Source: Zygnema circumcarinatum SAG 698-1b (lineage: Eukaryota > Plantae > Zygnematophyceae). From it: 64,000 bases of DNA. The notes below the pieces were generated by a model. It was not told the origin of the DNA. It was given only the letters and a program-made list of their open reading frames with translations, and ran no database searches. Numbering within the stretch: the stretch's first letter is position 1; each line of letters starts with the position of its first letter. Position numbers and translations under genes: made by a program. The DNA lies in NCBI GenBank assembly GCA_037447605.1, contig CM074804.1, positions 5,371,909 to 5,435,908 of the forward strand, written 5' to 3'. This document shows, piece after piece, positions 39,476 to 51,651 of this stretch.

Positions 39476-40448
39476 TGTTAGTGTTAGGCTAGTTAGGAAC
39501 TTGTAAATACACTAAGTTGTTTTGGTACTAAGTTCTTAGGGGTGTGCTCCTAGTCCGAATTGCATGTAGGACCGCCTAAGCGACCGTACAAGTCCTCAGG
39601 GGTGTGCGCGTAGCGCGCGCACAAAGATCTGGCCGAAACAGGTGTACGGAGCGGCGCGCGGGTGTACAGCCATCAGAGCGCAGATTGGTCAACGCGCGAG
39701 TGCGGAGTACGGAGCGCGAGGCGGCGGAGTGCGCCGTGAGTGCGCGGACTGACAAACGACGCTGATTGGTCGTAGCACTGACGCGCGGACGCGGAGTACG
39801 AACGCGCGACTTCTGATTGGTCGCGGCGCGAGCACGGATCCGCGGAGCGCAAAGTTGCGGCGCGAAAACGACGAAGGAATGTCGGCGGCGAATCGCGACG
39901 CGCCACGTGGACACTTATATAGTGGGTCCACTGNNNNNNNNNNTTCTTTGGGCTTAGAAGATAGTGGGAAGTGTTCAGCTTGTAGTGGGGTGGTGTAATC
40001 ACGTAGCTTGAGTTTAGGTGCTTGAAGCTTGGCTCTAGAGTTGTCAAGTTGTATTCATCTTTATATTAAGGAGTTTTAGGCTGGAGGCTTTCTCCTTACA
40101 TCTTCTCTTTTCCGCTGATCTGTTCTACTGCATTCAGACTTGTGTGTGTGTCTACATCCTTGAGGAGTGTGGTTGATCAAGTCATTGAAGATGTCGAGCT
40201 CTACCGAGGGCAGAGGAGAAGTGGCAGCACCTCGCACGGAGGCCGCTGCACCAACAAGTGGTATCAGAGCCGAAGGCGTCGACGACGTGAAGTTTACCAT
40301 TCCGACTTTCGATGGGAAGAACTACAAGCGGTGGAAGTTTCGCATGCTCACGGTGCTGGAGAACAAGCGACTGTTGGGGTATGTGGATGGCTCCACTGTG
40401 GCCCCGGATTCAGAGACCAACCCTGTAGAGTTTGAGCAGTGGAGGGTG
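39476..40448 (+). mobile_element. copia-G 5' LTR (39476-40256), PBS (40259-40270) and gag N-terminus
   Basis: TG...CA LTR; TGGTATCAGAGC; DVKFTIPTFDGKNYKRWKFRM...LLGYVDG, interrupted at GGGTG (40444-40448). Confidence 0.85.
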
Positions 40449-41058
40449 TGTTGATGTATAGGTACATCAGGTTGTTGGTACTTAGTTCCTTGCATGAGTG
40501 TTGTCCATGAGAACAATGTTGTGTTGGGACAATGTCATGCATGGATGGTCATGTTTGGTGTAGGACCGAACATGGGGGGTGCCCGTATCGTTAGGGCATG
40601 GTACGATAGGTCTAGGGAAGGTCTAGAGTCTTAGGGTTAAGGCTTAGGCTTAGACCGTACCAAAGGGGGTGCGCGGGATGCGCCTTGATTGAATGGAGCG
40701 CGGCCGTACGGACGGCGCGCGACTGTACGGACGAAGCGGAAATGTACGGACTCGGTGATTTTGGACGCGAGAGGCGGATTTGCGTGAAGCGACATGATTG
40801 GTCGCGACAGCACGCAAATCGCAGCGTGATCTTCGAGCGTGACATGAAGCATGATTCGGTACAGTATGTACTTTAGAGGTACGGACGTTGGTCGGTGCTG
40901 AGATGTCGGCGCGACGAATCAGCATGAGGAGGCGCTGAGTTAGCAACGTCTACATCTAGAAGATAGTGANNNNNNNNNNACTGTTGGGGTATGTGGATGG
41001 CTCCACTGTGGCCCCGGATTCAGAGACCAACCCTGTAGAGTTTGAGCAGTGGAGGGTG

Positions 41059-44000
41059 TGTTGATGTATAGGTACATCAGGTTGTTGGTACTTAGTTCCT
41101 TGCATGAGTGTTGTCCATGAGAACAATGTTGTGTTGGGACAATGTCATGCATGGATGGTCATGTTTGGTGTAGGACCGAACATGGGGGGTGCCCGTATCG
41201 TTAGGGCATGGTACGATAGGTCTAGGGAAGGTCTAGAGTCTTAGGGTTAAGGCTTAGGCTTAGACCGTACCAAAGGGGGTGCGCGGGATGCGCCTTGATT
41301 GAATGGAGCGCGGCCGTACGGACGGCGCGCGACTGTACGGACGAAGCGGAAATGTACGGACTCGGTGATTTTGGACGCGAGAGGCGGATTTGCGTGAAGC
41401 GACATGATTGGTCGCGACAGCACGCAAATCGCAGCGTGATCTTCGAGCGTGACATGAAGCATGATTCGGTACAGTATGTACTTTAGAGGTACGGACGTTG
41501 GTCGGTGCTGAGATGTCGGCGCGACGAATCAGCATGAGGAGGCGCTGAGTTAGCAACGTCTACATCTAGAAGATAGTGGCGAATCCGGAAGGCGCCCGCA
41601 CGTGTCGGTCGCGAGCGTATAGGAATGAGGCTTGCTTCGTAAATGCGACTTCGGGCGTGCGCCGCGGAGGCGAAGAGACGGCGGCGGCGATGCTGATCGT
41701 CTGACCGCGGAGGCAAAGGAACCGACCAAGGGACGTCTTGGATAAAATTGCGGTCAGGAATCTGCACCAATCAACATTGCTCACGAGGAATCTTTTCTAG
41801 AGTGTGGAGTCTTGGAATGTTGTGGCGGCAAGAATTGGAGGTGTACCTCGAGGTAAGGTTGGGATTGGGTGGGTTGGCGTGGCATCAGATTGTCACGTTG
41901 TTAGTGTTGATACGTTACCCGAGCTAGATGTACTGCATAGCAAGACCACGAAGTAGTTTAAGGTTGTTTGAATTAAGGTTGTCGCATGCATGGTCCCGGC
42001 GTGTGTGACGTGACATTGTCACGTCACAGCCTCATACTATATATTGAGGAGTAGGTGTGTAAGATACTAACCTTCTTGATGAGCATTGCAAAGCTATGGT
42101 AGTTTCTACAGCAGTTAGAGGCAAGGCTTTGGCAACAGGAGGTGGACCTTTGTGAGGAGTCTCCGTGTGTGGAGAGCTGTCTCACGTTAAGGTGGAGTTA
42201 TCATGTGTTGAAAGCTGGGCTAGGCTTATGGGGGCTTGAGGTGGAAAGCTTGTCATGATAAAGGAGTTTTAGGCTGGGAGCTTTCTCCTTCGTTTTTCTA
42301 TTCCGCCTCTTGTGTGTTGAGTATGCACTTGAGTGAAAAATGAATGAGAGTGCTATGGGCACAGGGAGAGAAGCTTCCATGGATACTGAAGTGGGGGAAA
42401 GGGTTGGAGATGAATTTGCTTCTCATCCCTCTGCCCCACTCAGAAGTGGTATTAGAGCTTATGGTTGAAGTCTTGGAGCATCTGGTGCTTAAGGTTCAGT
42501 CCTAGAGCTTATGGTTGAAATCCTGAGGAGTACCAAGTTAGAGTGAGGGTCTTGGAGCATACTAAAGTGAAGGGGTTTAGTTCCTTGATAGTATGGGTTC
42601 CAAAGGGATAGATCCTTGACTAAAGAAAGAGCTAAAGGAATAGTTCTTTGGGGGAGCCTAATGGTTGGCTGAAAGGTACTCAAGAGGATAGCCATGGTTA
42701 AACTCTTAGCCATGTTGATGGTTTTGTTTGTAGCAAGCAAGTTGTTTAAAAGACTCAGCTTGGAGGAGCTACAAGAAGGAGAAGATGCGTTTGGAGTTCT
42801 AGTCTTGACAGCTCAATGGACAGAGTGCGAAAGGAGGCTAGTTTAACGGCATTGGAATTGGCGCTGTTGTGAGAGACTTGGCTCAAGGGAGTCAACGTTT
42901 GGCGCGTGGAGATGGTGCATTGATGATGTGCACACACTTGAGGCGACCCAACTCATCAGAGTTGGAGGAGGCAGCGTGAGAGACGCACAAGCAAGGTTGG
43001 ATTAACCTTTTGGAAGCTTGTATGCTCGGATATGTCGAAGGCAAAGTTGCTTCATCAAAGGATTCGAGGGGAGGACTTGTCAGTACTTTGAGAAGTGGAG
43101 GAGGCTCCAGTGCCATATCGAGATTGCCATGGTACATGGAAGGGACGACCCTTCCTGCACGCTCTTGGGATTAGAGACTAGCTTGCAAGTTAGAGACTAA
43201 TGAACTAGAATCTTCACATAGGCTGTGGGAGAGACTAGGAGAGCTGGAGAGTGGCAAGGAGTGTCCCGTGAGGAAATAGTTTACTTCAGATGCGTTTTTG
43301 GAGTAAAGGAGGCCCAAGATCTAGAATCTAGGGAGTAAGTTGCCCAAGGAACCATTGCTGAAATCTTGACTAGTCTAGTGGATAGAGCTAGTGGAATTGA
43401 TAGCCACTAAGTTGTTAGTGATGGACCACTAAGGAGGAGTTGAGGGAATTCCCCAAGGAGTGATGGAGGAGATCAATTCAGAGGTAGGAAGGTCGCAACT
43501 TTCTACAAGGAGTCTACTTCAAGGAGGAGTAGATGGAGCAAAGGAGTAGAATGGATAGAGTCAAGAGACATTGACAACCATTCAAGGAGGGGCAAGGCTG
43601 AAGTCGAACAAGGAGGATTGCACTCCAAGTTGACATGAAGAAGCCAAGAGTTAGATGGAAGTTCTCAAGAGATCACATTGCTAACGAACTTGCAGGAGTG
43701 AGGGATCATTCGGATCCAAGGAGATGTCAGCATGGTGGCTCAAGTGTGTCCAGACGTGGACCTGATCTGTGTCTAAAGAGTTTGCTGGGAGTGCACGCCT
43801 GGTTTACTCAACAACATGGGATAGAGATTTTTGGAGGACGAGCCGAGTTGTTGATCTCAAAAGGAGGCAAGAGAAGCTGGTGGATCTCGAAAGGAGAAGT
43901 GGCGTACAACTGCCTTGGAAGACAAGGTGCAGTTCTTTTAGACCACAAAATCTTGTTTGAAATTTACCTTTTAAGGTGAAAATATTTTGGAGGCAAGTAG

Positions 44001-44118
44001 GTGGAGTTAGATGGAGGTTGCTGTGATTTTTTGTCACATGCAAATGGAGACCCTCGTGATGGGAAAGAGAGCAGAGTAGCTTGTACTTCTCAGAAAGGGG
44101 AAGGTGCAGCGGTGGACG
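41059..44118 (+). mobile_element. Non-autonomous LTR element family B, copy 1 (LTR 41059-42444, PBS 42447-42458, decayed internal region)
   Basis: TGTTGATG start after GGGTG; TGGTATTAGAGC; internal region homologous to 62490-64000 with many stops and no RT/IN motifs. Confidence 0.75.
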
Positions 44119-44275
44119 TTGTAGAGATAAACTACAGTGGCGTTATCTACTACATCATAGATCTTCTCTAACGTATCCCACATCTCTCGATCTGTCTTTA
44201 ACTCTGAAATCAGATCTGTCGGGTCCTCACTAACGCCAGCACAAAGCAAGGTCCTAACTTTACAATCCTTCACCC
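44119..44275 (-). pseudogene. Continuation of copia-G gag, inverted
   Basis: GGGTG then KDCKVRTLLC...REMWDTLEKIYDVVDNATVVYLY, in frame with the gag broken at 40448. Confidence 0.8.
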
Positions 44276-45666
44276 TGTGAGAGGGGCAGAGGGATGAGAA
44301 GCAAATTCATCTCCAACCCTTTCCCCCACTTCAGTATCCATGGAAGCTTCTCTCCCTGTGCCCACAGCACTCTCATTCATTTTTCACTCAAGTGCATACT
44401 CAACACACAAGAGGCGGAATAGAAAAACGAAGGAGAAAGCTCCCAGCCTAAAACTCCTTTATCATGACAAGCTTTCCACCTCAAGCCCCCATAAGCCTAG
44501 CCCAGCTTTCAACACATGATAACTCCACCTTAACGTGAGACAGCTCTCCACACACGGAGACTCCTCACAAAGGTCCACCTCCTGTTGCCAAAGCCTTGCC
44601 TCTAACTGCTGTAGAAACTACCATAGCTTTGCAATGCTCATCAAGAAGGTTAGTATCTTACACACCTACTCCTCAATATATAGTATGAGGCTGTGACGTG
44701 ACAATGTCACGTCACACACGCCGGGACCATGCATGCGACAACCTTAATTCAAACAACCTTAAACTACTTCGTGTCTTGCTATGCAAAGTACATCTAGCCT
44801 GGCAACGTACCAACACCAACGTACTAATCCAGGTGGGCATGCACTCTACCGTCGGCTACACATCCCGCCGTCCTAACAAAGACTAACTCCGTACTCCTCG
44901 AGGTACACTCCGCCGACTCCTTGCCGCCACAACATTCCAAGACTCCACACTCTAGAAAAGATTCCTCAGAGCAATGCCATTGGCAGACTCCCACCGCACG
45001 ACCCGCATCGCTCCGCCGGCCTTGCCTCCGTGGTGCATGGTCAGGATCGTGGCCCCGCGGGATCGCCTCTGTGGCTCAGCTGCTTCTCAGGTTTGACCGA
45101 TGAAGCAAGCCTGTCCCCCATACACTCTCGCACCTTGAACACGTGGTGCCTTCCGGTCGTCATGATCTTTGAGACTGTAAAGACGCTGTGACTCAGCGTC
45201 CTCATGCTGATTTGTCGTGTTGGACATCTCAGCACCGACCAACGTCCGTACCTCTAAAGTACATACTGCATCAATCATGCTTCATGTCACGTTTGAAGAT
45301 CATTGCCCGCCATTTTGCTGTCGACCAATCATGTTGTCTTCCACGCAGTCCGCCTTTGCGCTCAATCACCGAGTTTGACATTTCCGCTTCGTCCGTACAG
45401 TCGCGCGCCGCCGTACCGCCGCGCTCCATTCAATTAAGGCCGCATTCCCGCGTATCCTTTGATTGGTTTAGCCTAAGCCTTACTTACAGCCAGACCTTCC
45501 CTAGACCCATCGGGTTATGCCTGGTAAGTTCCACAGGGCATCCCCCATGTCCGGTCCCACCAAACATGACTATCCATGCATGACATTGTCCCAACACAAC
45601 ATTGTTCTCATGGACAACACTCATGCGAGGAACTGGTACCAACAACCTGATACCCATACATCAACA
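44276..45666 (-). mobile_element. Family B LTR (3' LTR, inverted)
   Basis: Reverse complement of 41059-42444; followed on the minus strand by GGGTG. Confidence 0.9.
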
Positions 45667-48600
45667 TGATTAACGCGGGTAAAAGCGCCAATGCTTCCCT
45701 AATTGCTTTATATATTATCATGCTAGAGCCACTTACAAAAAGAGTGTGGAACTAGTCGGCAAGGGCGTGCCGGGTGTGAAGCACACAAACAAAGGTACAA
45801 CTAAACTAACAGTAAAAAGTACAAGTTAAAAGTACGCCTGTGTGCGCACACGCGGGTCGGAAAACGGCTAAAAATAAAAAATGGCTACAAACTGGTGAAT
45901 GTCGGATTCTCAACACTCTCTCATTCAAAGCGTGGAGTCCTACAGAAGAGCCGGGTGAAGCTCGCAAGCCGGCCATGTAAGGCCTTGGTAAGAAAAATCG
46001 GCGGTCCGCTTGCCGGCAGGACAAAGAGGAGGAAGGTGTAAGGGTGCCGCCTTCATCTTGTCCGGTTAAGTGGAACTGTATGTCGATGTGTTTGGTACGT
46101 TGATGGTGCACGGGGTTTTGCATGAGGGCAAGGGCACCTTGAGAGTCCGTGAAGACGGTGGTAGCGTGAGGGGGGGGAAAAGTGAGGTTGGAGAGGAGGG
46201 ATCGGAGCCAAACAACCTCTTTGGCAGCAGTGGAGGCGGCCATATACTCTGCTTCAGTGGAGGATGTGGCCACCGTAGGCTGCTTCCGAGAGGACTGCGA
46301 AATAAGGCCACCGCCTGTGAGAAAACATGAGCGAACCCAACGTTTTGTGTCGGGTCACCGCCCCAAATGTAGTCACACAGCCAACGAGGGTGGGGGAGCC
46401 AGAGGAGAAGGTAAGGCTCAGGGCCTTGGTGCCCTGAAGGTAACGAAGGACACGCTTGGCAGCGCTGAAGTGAGCAGAAGAGGGGCGGTGAAGGTATTGG
46501 CTGAGCTGCCCGACGGCGGCAGCTAGGTCGGGCCGAGTACACAACATTGCATACATAAGGGATCCCAATGGCTGGATCGGTAAGTGGCATACCCGTGGGT
46601 CGGGAGCCAGCCCACAAGGGAGGTAAGGTGAATGTGGGCGCCCGTGGGGTGTGGAGGACAGCCGTAAGCCGCCATCCCAAACGGTCAGATGAGATCGAAA
46701 TATTTCGGGACCGAGGTGAAGGGTCCGAGCAGCCCCATCTCTAATGATGAATTCCAGGACACCGCGGGCCGAGGTCCGCCATGTCAAATGGTCGTGCTGG
46801 CGAGCCGCTTTGACGCCCCAAATGGGGAAAGGGAGGGACCCCATAATGAGGTCAATAACGAAATCTGCAGACAGAGGGCCCCATCGCGGGCTAACAATAA
46901 GAGAAGAGATGAAACCCGCCATGCGGTGGATGGGTAAGAAGGGATGTAAAGATCCAAAAGTGTTCCAGACAAAAGCCGCCTGGAGGCCGAGGATGGATTT
47001 GTTGGAGGCGTATGAGGTGTTCCGTGGCTCTGGGAGTGAAGCATGTACCCGGCCGGAATGGCGATAAAGATCGTTTCTGAAGGTCCCCAGAGGAATGCGG
47101 TTTTGACATCCATCCGTGAATTTCCTCAACGTGTGTGGTATGGAGAGAGCAAGGGAGGACGCTAATGGAGGTGAATTTCACAACGCAGACACGCTTTCGT
47201 GAAGTCGATGCTCAAGCCGAGAGAACCCCCGGCTACAAAACGGGCTTTTATAGCGTCAACCGAAAGCCGGCCGGATTTTTGTTTGATTTTAAATACCCAT
47301 TTAGAGCCGATGCGTTTACCACCGCAAGTGTGGAGGGACAAGGTCCTGTGTGTTGTTTTTCTCAAGGGAGAGGGAATTCAGCATCACGGGTACTTTCCAA
47401 GAGGGTCAGCTGGGTGCTGGAAGGGCGGTGCTACAGTAGGGGGGCGTGACTAGGATGAAGAAGGCCATGATGAGGGAGAGGAGGGCATGGGCGCAAGCAT
47501 TTATACTTACCGGCCGCCGACGCGAAAGTGCCGTGTGGCGGGGGCAGGGCCGGGGAAACCCGAGGGGAGAGTGCCTGAGGGGCGGGTGGCGGGAGGCCGC
47601 GACGCGTGAAGGGGAAGGGGAGTCGGGTAGGCCGGGAGAAGGCGCAAGGGGGAAAAAGGGAGGGGGGGGGAGGTCTGTAGGCGGAGGGGAGGGGTCCGCG
47701 TCCGGCTCGGGTGAGGTGGAAAGCTCCCTCTGAACAGAAGAGGGAGGGTCGAGCAGAGAGGACGAGGGGGAGGGGGGGGGAGCGGGGGGAGGGGGGTCGA
47801 CGGAGGGGGACGCAGGGACACCGAAGGGAGGGGAAGGGGGAGCGGCGACCGGGGGCGGGACAAAAGGAATGTCGGCGGCCAATGGGGGAGCGGCCGCGGG
47901 GGGGGGAGGGGAATGATATCCAACGGTCACGTAGGTGGGGGAATCGTACGGCGCAAGATTGGGATTCGGCGGGGAGGAAGTCGGCGGGTGTACGGCCGTG
48001 GTCGGTGGCGAATGAAGCCGCGCGACGAGAGGAGCCTCATTAAATGCGACGTGCCGCTACGAAGCGCATACCCATTTGTCGCGACAACACCAAGATAATG
48101 ACAGCCTTGGACGTGAAGCGCCAAGAGTTGTAAGAAAATCAGCCGCCAGACGTCCGCTGGTCCCCATTTGCCGTGACGACCGGACGAGATCTTTGTACCA
48201 GCCCGCAGCCCAAAAAATACTCGGAGGTGGAGACGAGGGTTTGCCGCCAGCCTCAGAGGGAGGCCGTGAGGGGAGGGCGAGGTGGGGAAAGGTTACGGCT
48301 GTAAGTGGTCGTGGAGATGGCTTCCACCTAGAAGGCCATAGGGAGGTCGGCAAAATGAAGCATAGAGCAAGCCATGTCGAGAATGGTGCGGTTAAACCGC
48401 TCGGCGACTCCATTTTGCTGGGGGGTGTAGGGAGCGGTAGTCTGATGGGTGATGCCGTGAAGGCGAAGGTATTTGGAGAAGGCGGTGGACATAAACTCGC
48501 CGCCGTTATCAGTGCGAAGGGTCTTGATGCGGCGACCGAGAAGGGTCTCTGCACGGGCTTTGAACTCTTGGAAGCGGGAGAAAACGTCAGACTTGTGAGC

Positions 48601-50400
48601 GATGGGAAAAACATGGGAAAAATGAGTCGCTTGGTCAATGAAAGTGACAGCATGATAGCGCCACTGAAAGCTAACATCACGATAAAATACAAACATCGAA
48701 TGAATGAGTGCCGAGGCTCGTGAGACAGTGTGGATTGAGGGAAAAGGCACTTTGCCATTTTGCCTCAATACAGCCCAACAAAAGCTCCAACTTGTCTGGG
48801 TAGAGAAAGAGTCTAAACCTACCACCAAGCCCGGGCCGAGTTCCTGAGGCTACTTCAAAGAAGGTGGCCAAAGCGGAGGTGCCACCTGGCAAAGGTAAGG
48901 GGGCTGCAGTGAGCATGGGCGCGCTCAAGGGAGGCCGCAAAGAGGTAAGGGAAAACAAGCGGCCGGTTTCATGCCGTGTGTCTAACTACAAATTGCCCTC
49001 GGGTGAAGAAAGTAACCCCGCCCGCCTAAAAAGAGTCAAATGCCTGGGGTAAAATCGATGGAGGCTATCGGCAACAGATTCTTTGGCGAGGCTATCCACT
49101 GTGCAGACGCTACCATGATGAAGCCGCCGCCACTGGGGAGTGGGAAACCCTCGGCCTACGCGCGGGTACCAAGGAGCCGTTATCCCTTAAGAAAATGGTC
49201 ATGGGGAGAGGGAGGGAGAGAGCCGAGAGAACCAGCCACGAATTTAAAAGCATGATGGGAGGCACCTGACACAAGCCAAGTGGAGTCGTGGAGAGAAGGG
49301 TCATACCTAAAAGGGTCCGCTACGTAGCAAGCAGCGCGGACCAAACTCGGAGCAATTCATAGACGGCCACCCGGTGGGAGGCGCGCCGGGCCGGGGAAGC
49401 CGGGGTGAAGAGAGGGGTGTACGGGCGTGGGCGGCGGCGACCAAGGAGCGGTAGGGAACGTGGAGGGAGGCGCCACGCAGCCGCGACGACACGCTCGGGG
49501 ACCGAATCATAGGCCAAATCGTAGGGCGCCGCTGATATTTCATGACAAGCGCCAGCCGGCTGAGGTAACGGGATGGCTGTAAAAGTCGTGGCGCGCCTCC
49601 TTGGCCGAGCGACAGTTTGTCCTTTACAGTCCGCTCCTTGCAATACCGACAAAAGAGGGCGCCAGGAGACTTGGGCGGTGGAGGACCAGATCCGAAAAGC
49701 GCGGACGCGTGGGAGGATCTGGAGGGGGTGGAATCTTTTTCCTCCTCGTTTAAAAGAAGGTCGGTCAGATCGGCTCGCTAGTGAGATCGAGGCAAAGATC
49801 AATGGATCTAGATGAAGACCTGAAAGAGCTCCGGCAAGCAAAATTTCGCCTAAAAGATTACGATGACCCATCATCATGAAACTACTTCAATCAATGCCAC
49901 GCGGCCGCCTAGCAAAGGATTTGACGCGGTCAGTATATGTCAGCATGGTTTCAGAGGATTCCTTTACGCAGTTAGTGAAGGCACGCCGCAAACGGAGTTT
50001 GTGAGACCACTTCCGAGGTTCGTACGCATTGGTCAGAAGAGTCCAAGCGTCGTGGGGAGCTGGTGGCGTCACGGACGTGTCCGATGAGACTGCGCTGAAT
50101 GCCGAGTGTGATGCGGAGAAACGCCTTCTTTGTCGCGTTTTGTCCAATCGGCGATCTCCTTCGCGCGTGCAGCCAAGGCGGCCGCGTCGGCGGTGGAGGG
50201 AAGTGGCAAAGGACAGGCCCTAGACCAAGAACGGCTGCACTGGCCGCATTCCTCTTCCTCAAAGCCGCAGACCGAAACTCCAAATTCCCAGCCATCCAAC
50301 GGCCGAAATTCAACTCCTTCAAATTTCACATGTGAATAACACTCCAAAGACTCGGGAAGTTCGGCGAGAGCAAAGAGCGAGAGAGCTTTTAGAGTGGGGA
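45667..50400 (-). mobile_element. Ty1/copia element (copia-C), degenerate, with putative 249 bp 3' LTR (45667-45915)
   Basis: gag fragment (AWTLLTNAYEP...RLRRAF); integrase TFIDQ...LRTDNGGEF...PQQNGVAERFNRT; Pro-rich linker; RT IGSKWVFK, MDVKTAFL, GSLMYAMLCTRPDL; RNase H SSTEAEYMAA...KHIDIQFH; purine tract then TG. Confidence 0.88.
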
Positions 50401-50417
50401 GTACCGGTCAAACCGAA

Positions 50418-51641
50418 TGTACGGGTATAAGGTGACGACAAATTACCCACGCCTTTACGCTTCCGCTGAACCTCCTACCAAAGATGGGAGGTGATTGGAA
50501 GTGGTTGTCCAATGGCAGATCACATCGCGGTCCTCTCCGACTCGAATGGGTCGAGGTGTATAACGACGAACGCCACGATTTCATACGCGACGCGGCCAGA
50601 CGCCAATGCACGGCCGATCCTATGCTGCCGCTGGGCGCTGGTCCGATCGGGATGTATCCGGTCCGCACTACAATCCAGAACCCGTAATTGTGACGGACCA
50701 CTACGCCTAAAACGAAGGAGGATGTGTGGTCGGGTTCCATGATCCTCGACACCACATCGCGACGCTGACATATATATGTCTTGGTATATCATACAGATCA
50801 ACCCTGCAACCTCAAGAAGGTTCGGACCCCCGTGACCCTTCCCGGTCCTGTGGTCCCCACGCTGGCCACCGCCCGCGCCTGCGTGAGAGTATTTCAGGGA
50901 CGGAGCCGCCTCTAAGTACACCTCCCGTGGTGACTGTAGCGTTTCGCTACATTACTCCCCCCTGTGAGGATGTGAACGCCCTCGTTCACGGGTGTGGGGT
51001 AGTAAAGGCAGCTCGTAGTTTCAACGGCACGCGTCGAACTCTACGTGATAACCGGGAGGGCTCAGCGATAATCCCGGTCAAGTCCCTTTCCGAGTTGCGC
51101 GGGGACGGCTCAGGAACCCCCCGAGCCGCCCTCGCCCGCTCTCCTGCGGCCTGCGCCTCCCAGTACAAGTTGATGAGCTCCTGGCAATTGGTTAAGTTGC
51201 CCTCGGCTTCCCATGTGCTATGTTCAACCCCATAGCCCAACCACTTCACGAGGTATTCGTGACGGGAAGATCGACCCTTTCTCACAAGACGGTGGGCTTG
51301 AATGGTTTCAACTTCATACTCAAGTTCACCTTCAAGTTCCACTGGTGGGGGAGGTGGTTGGATCCTCCCATCGCTACGGTAGACCTTTAGCAAACCCACA
51401 TGAAAGACCGGATGCACCTTCATGTGGGATGGTAAATCCAACCTGTAAGCGACATCATTGATTCGCTTCCCGACCCTGAAAGGTCCGATGAAGCGGGGCC
51501 ACAGCTTACGTGTTCCGCCATAAGCTTTGAGTCTCAAGTTCGCCGTACTTAGCAACACCTCATCGCCTTCGTTGAAGGTGAGTTGGGTACGGTGACGGTC
51601 AGCATAGGCCTTTTGTCGCGACTGGGCCGCTAGCAGGGTCT
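50418..51641 (-). mobile_element. 3' part of a Ty3/gypsy chromovirus: integrase C-terminus, chromodomain, PPT and LTR (~50418-50951)
   Basis: KLWPRFIGPF...VHPVFHVGLLK (GPY/F region); EYEVETIQAHR...EYLVKWLGYGVEHSTWEAEGNL (chromodomain); GGGGGGAGTAA followed by TGTAGCG. Confidence 0.9.
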
Positions 51642-51651
51642 NNNNNNNNNN

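Noticed and set aside
40370-41578. Exact ~600 bp tandem duplication (offset 610)
   Set aside because: The copies sit on either side of the N gap at 40970-40979; typical unmerged contig overlap.
46254-48723. Long alternative-frame ORFs (291, 233 and 215 aa) in copia-C
   Set aside because: Off-frame or antisense readings of frameshifted pol; only short stretches are genuine RT or integrase.
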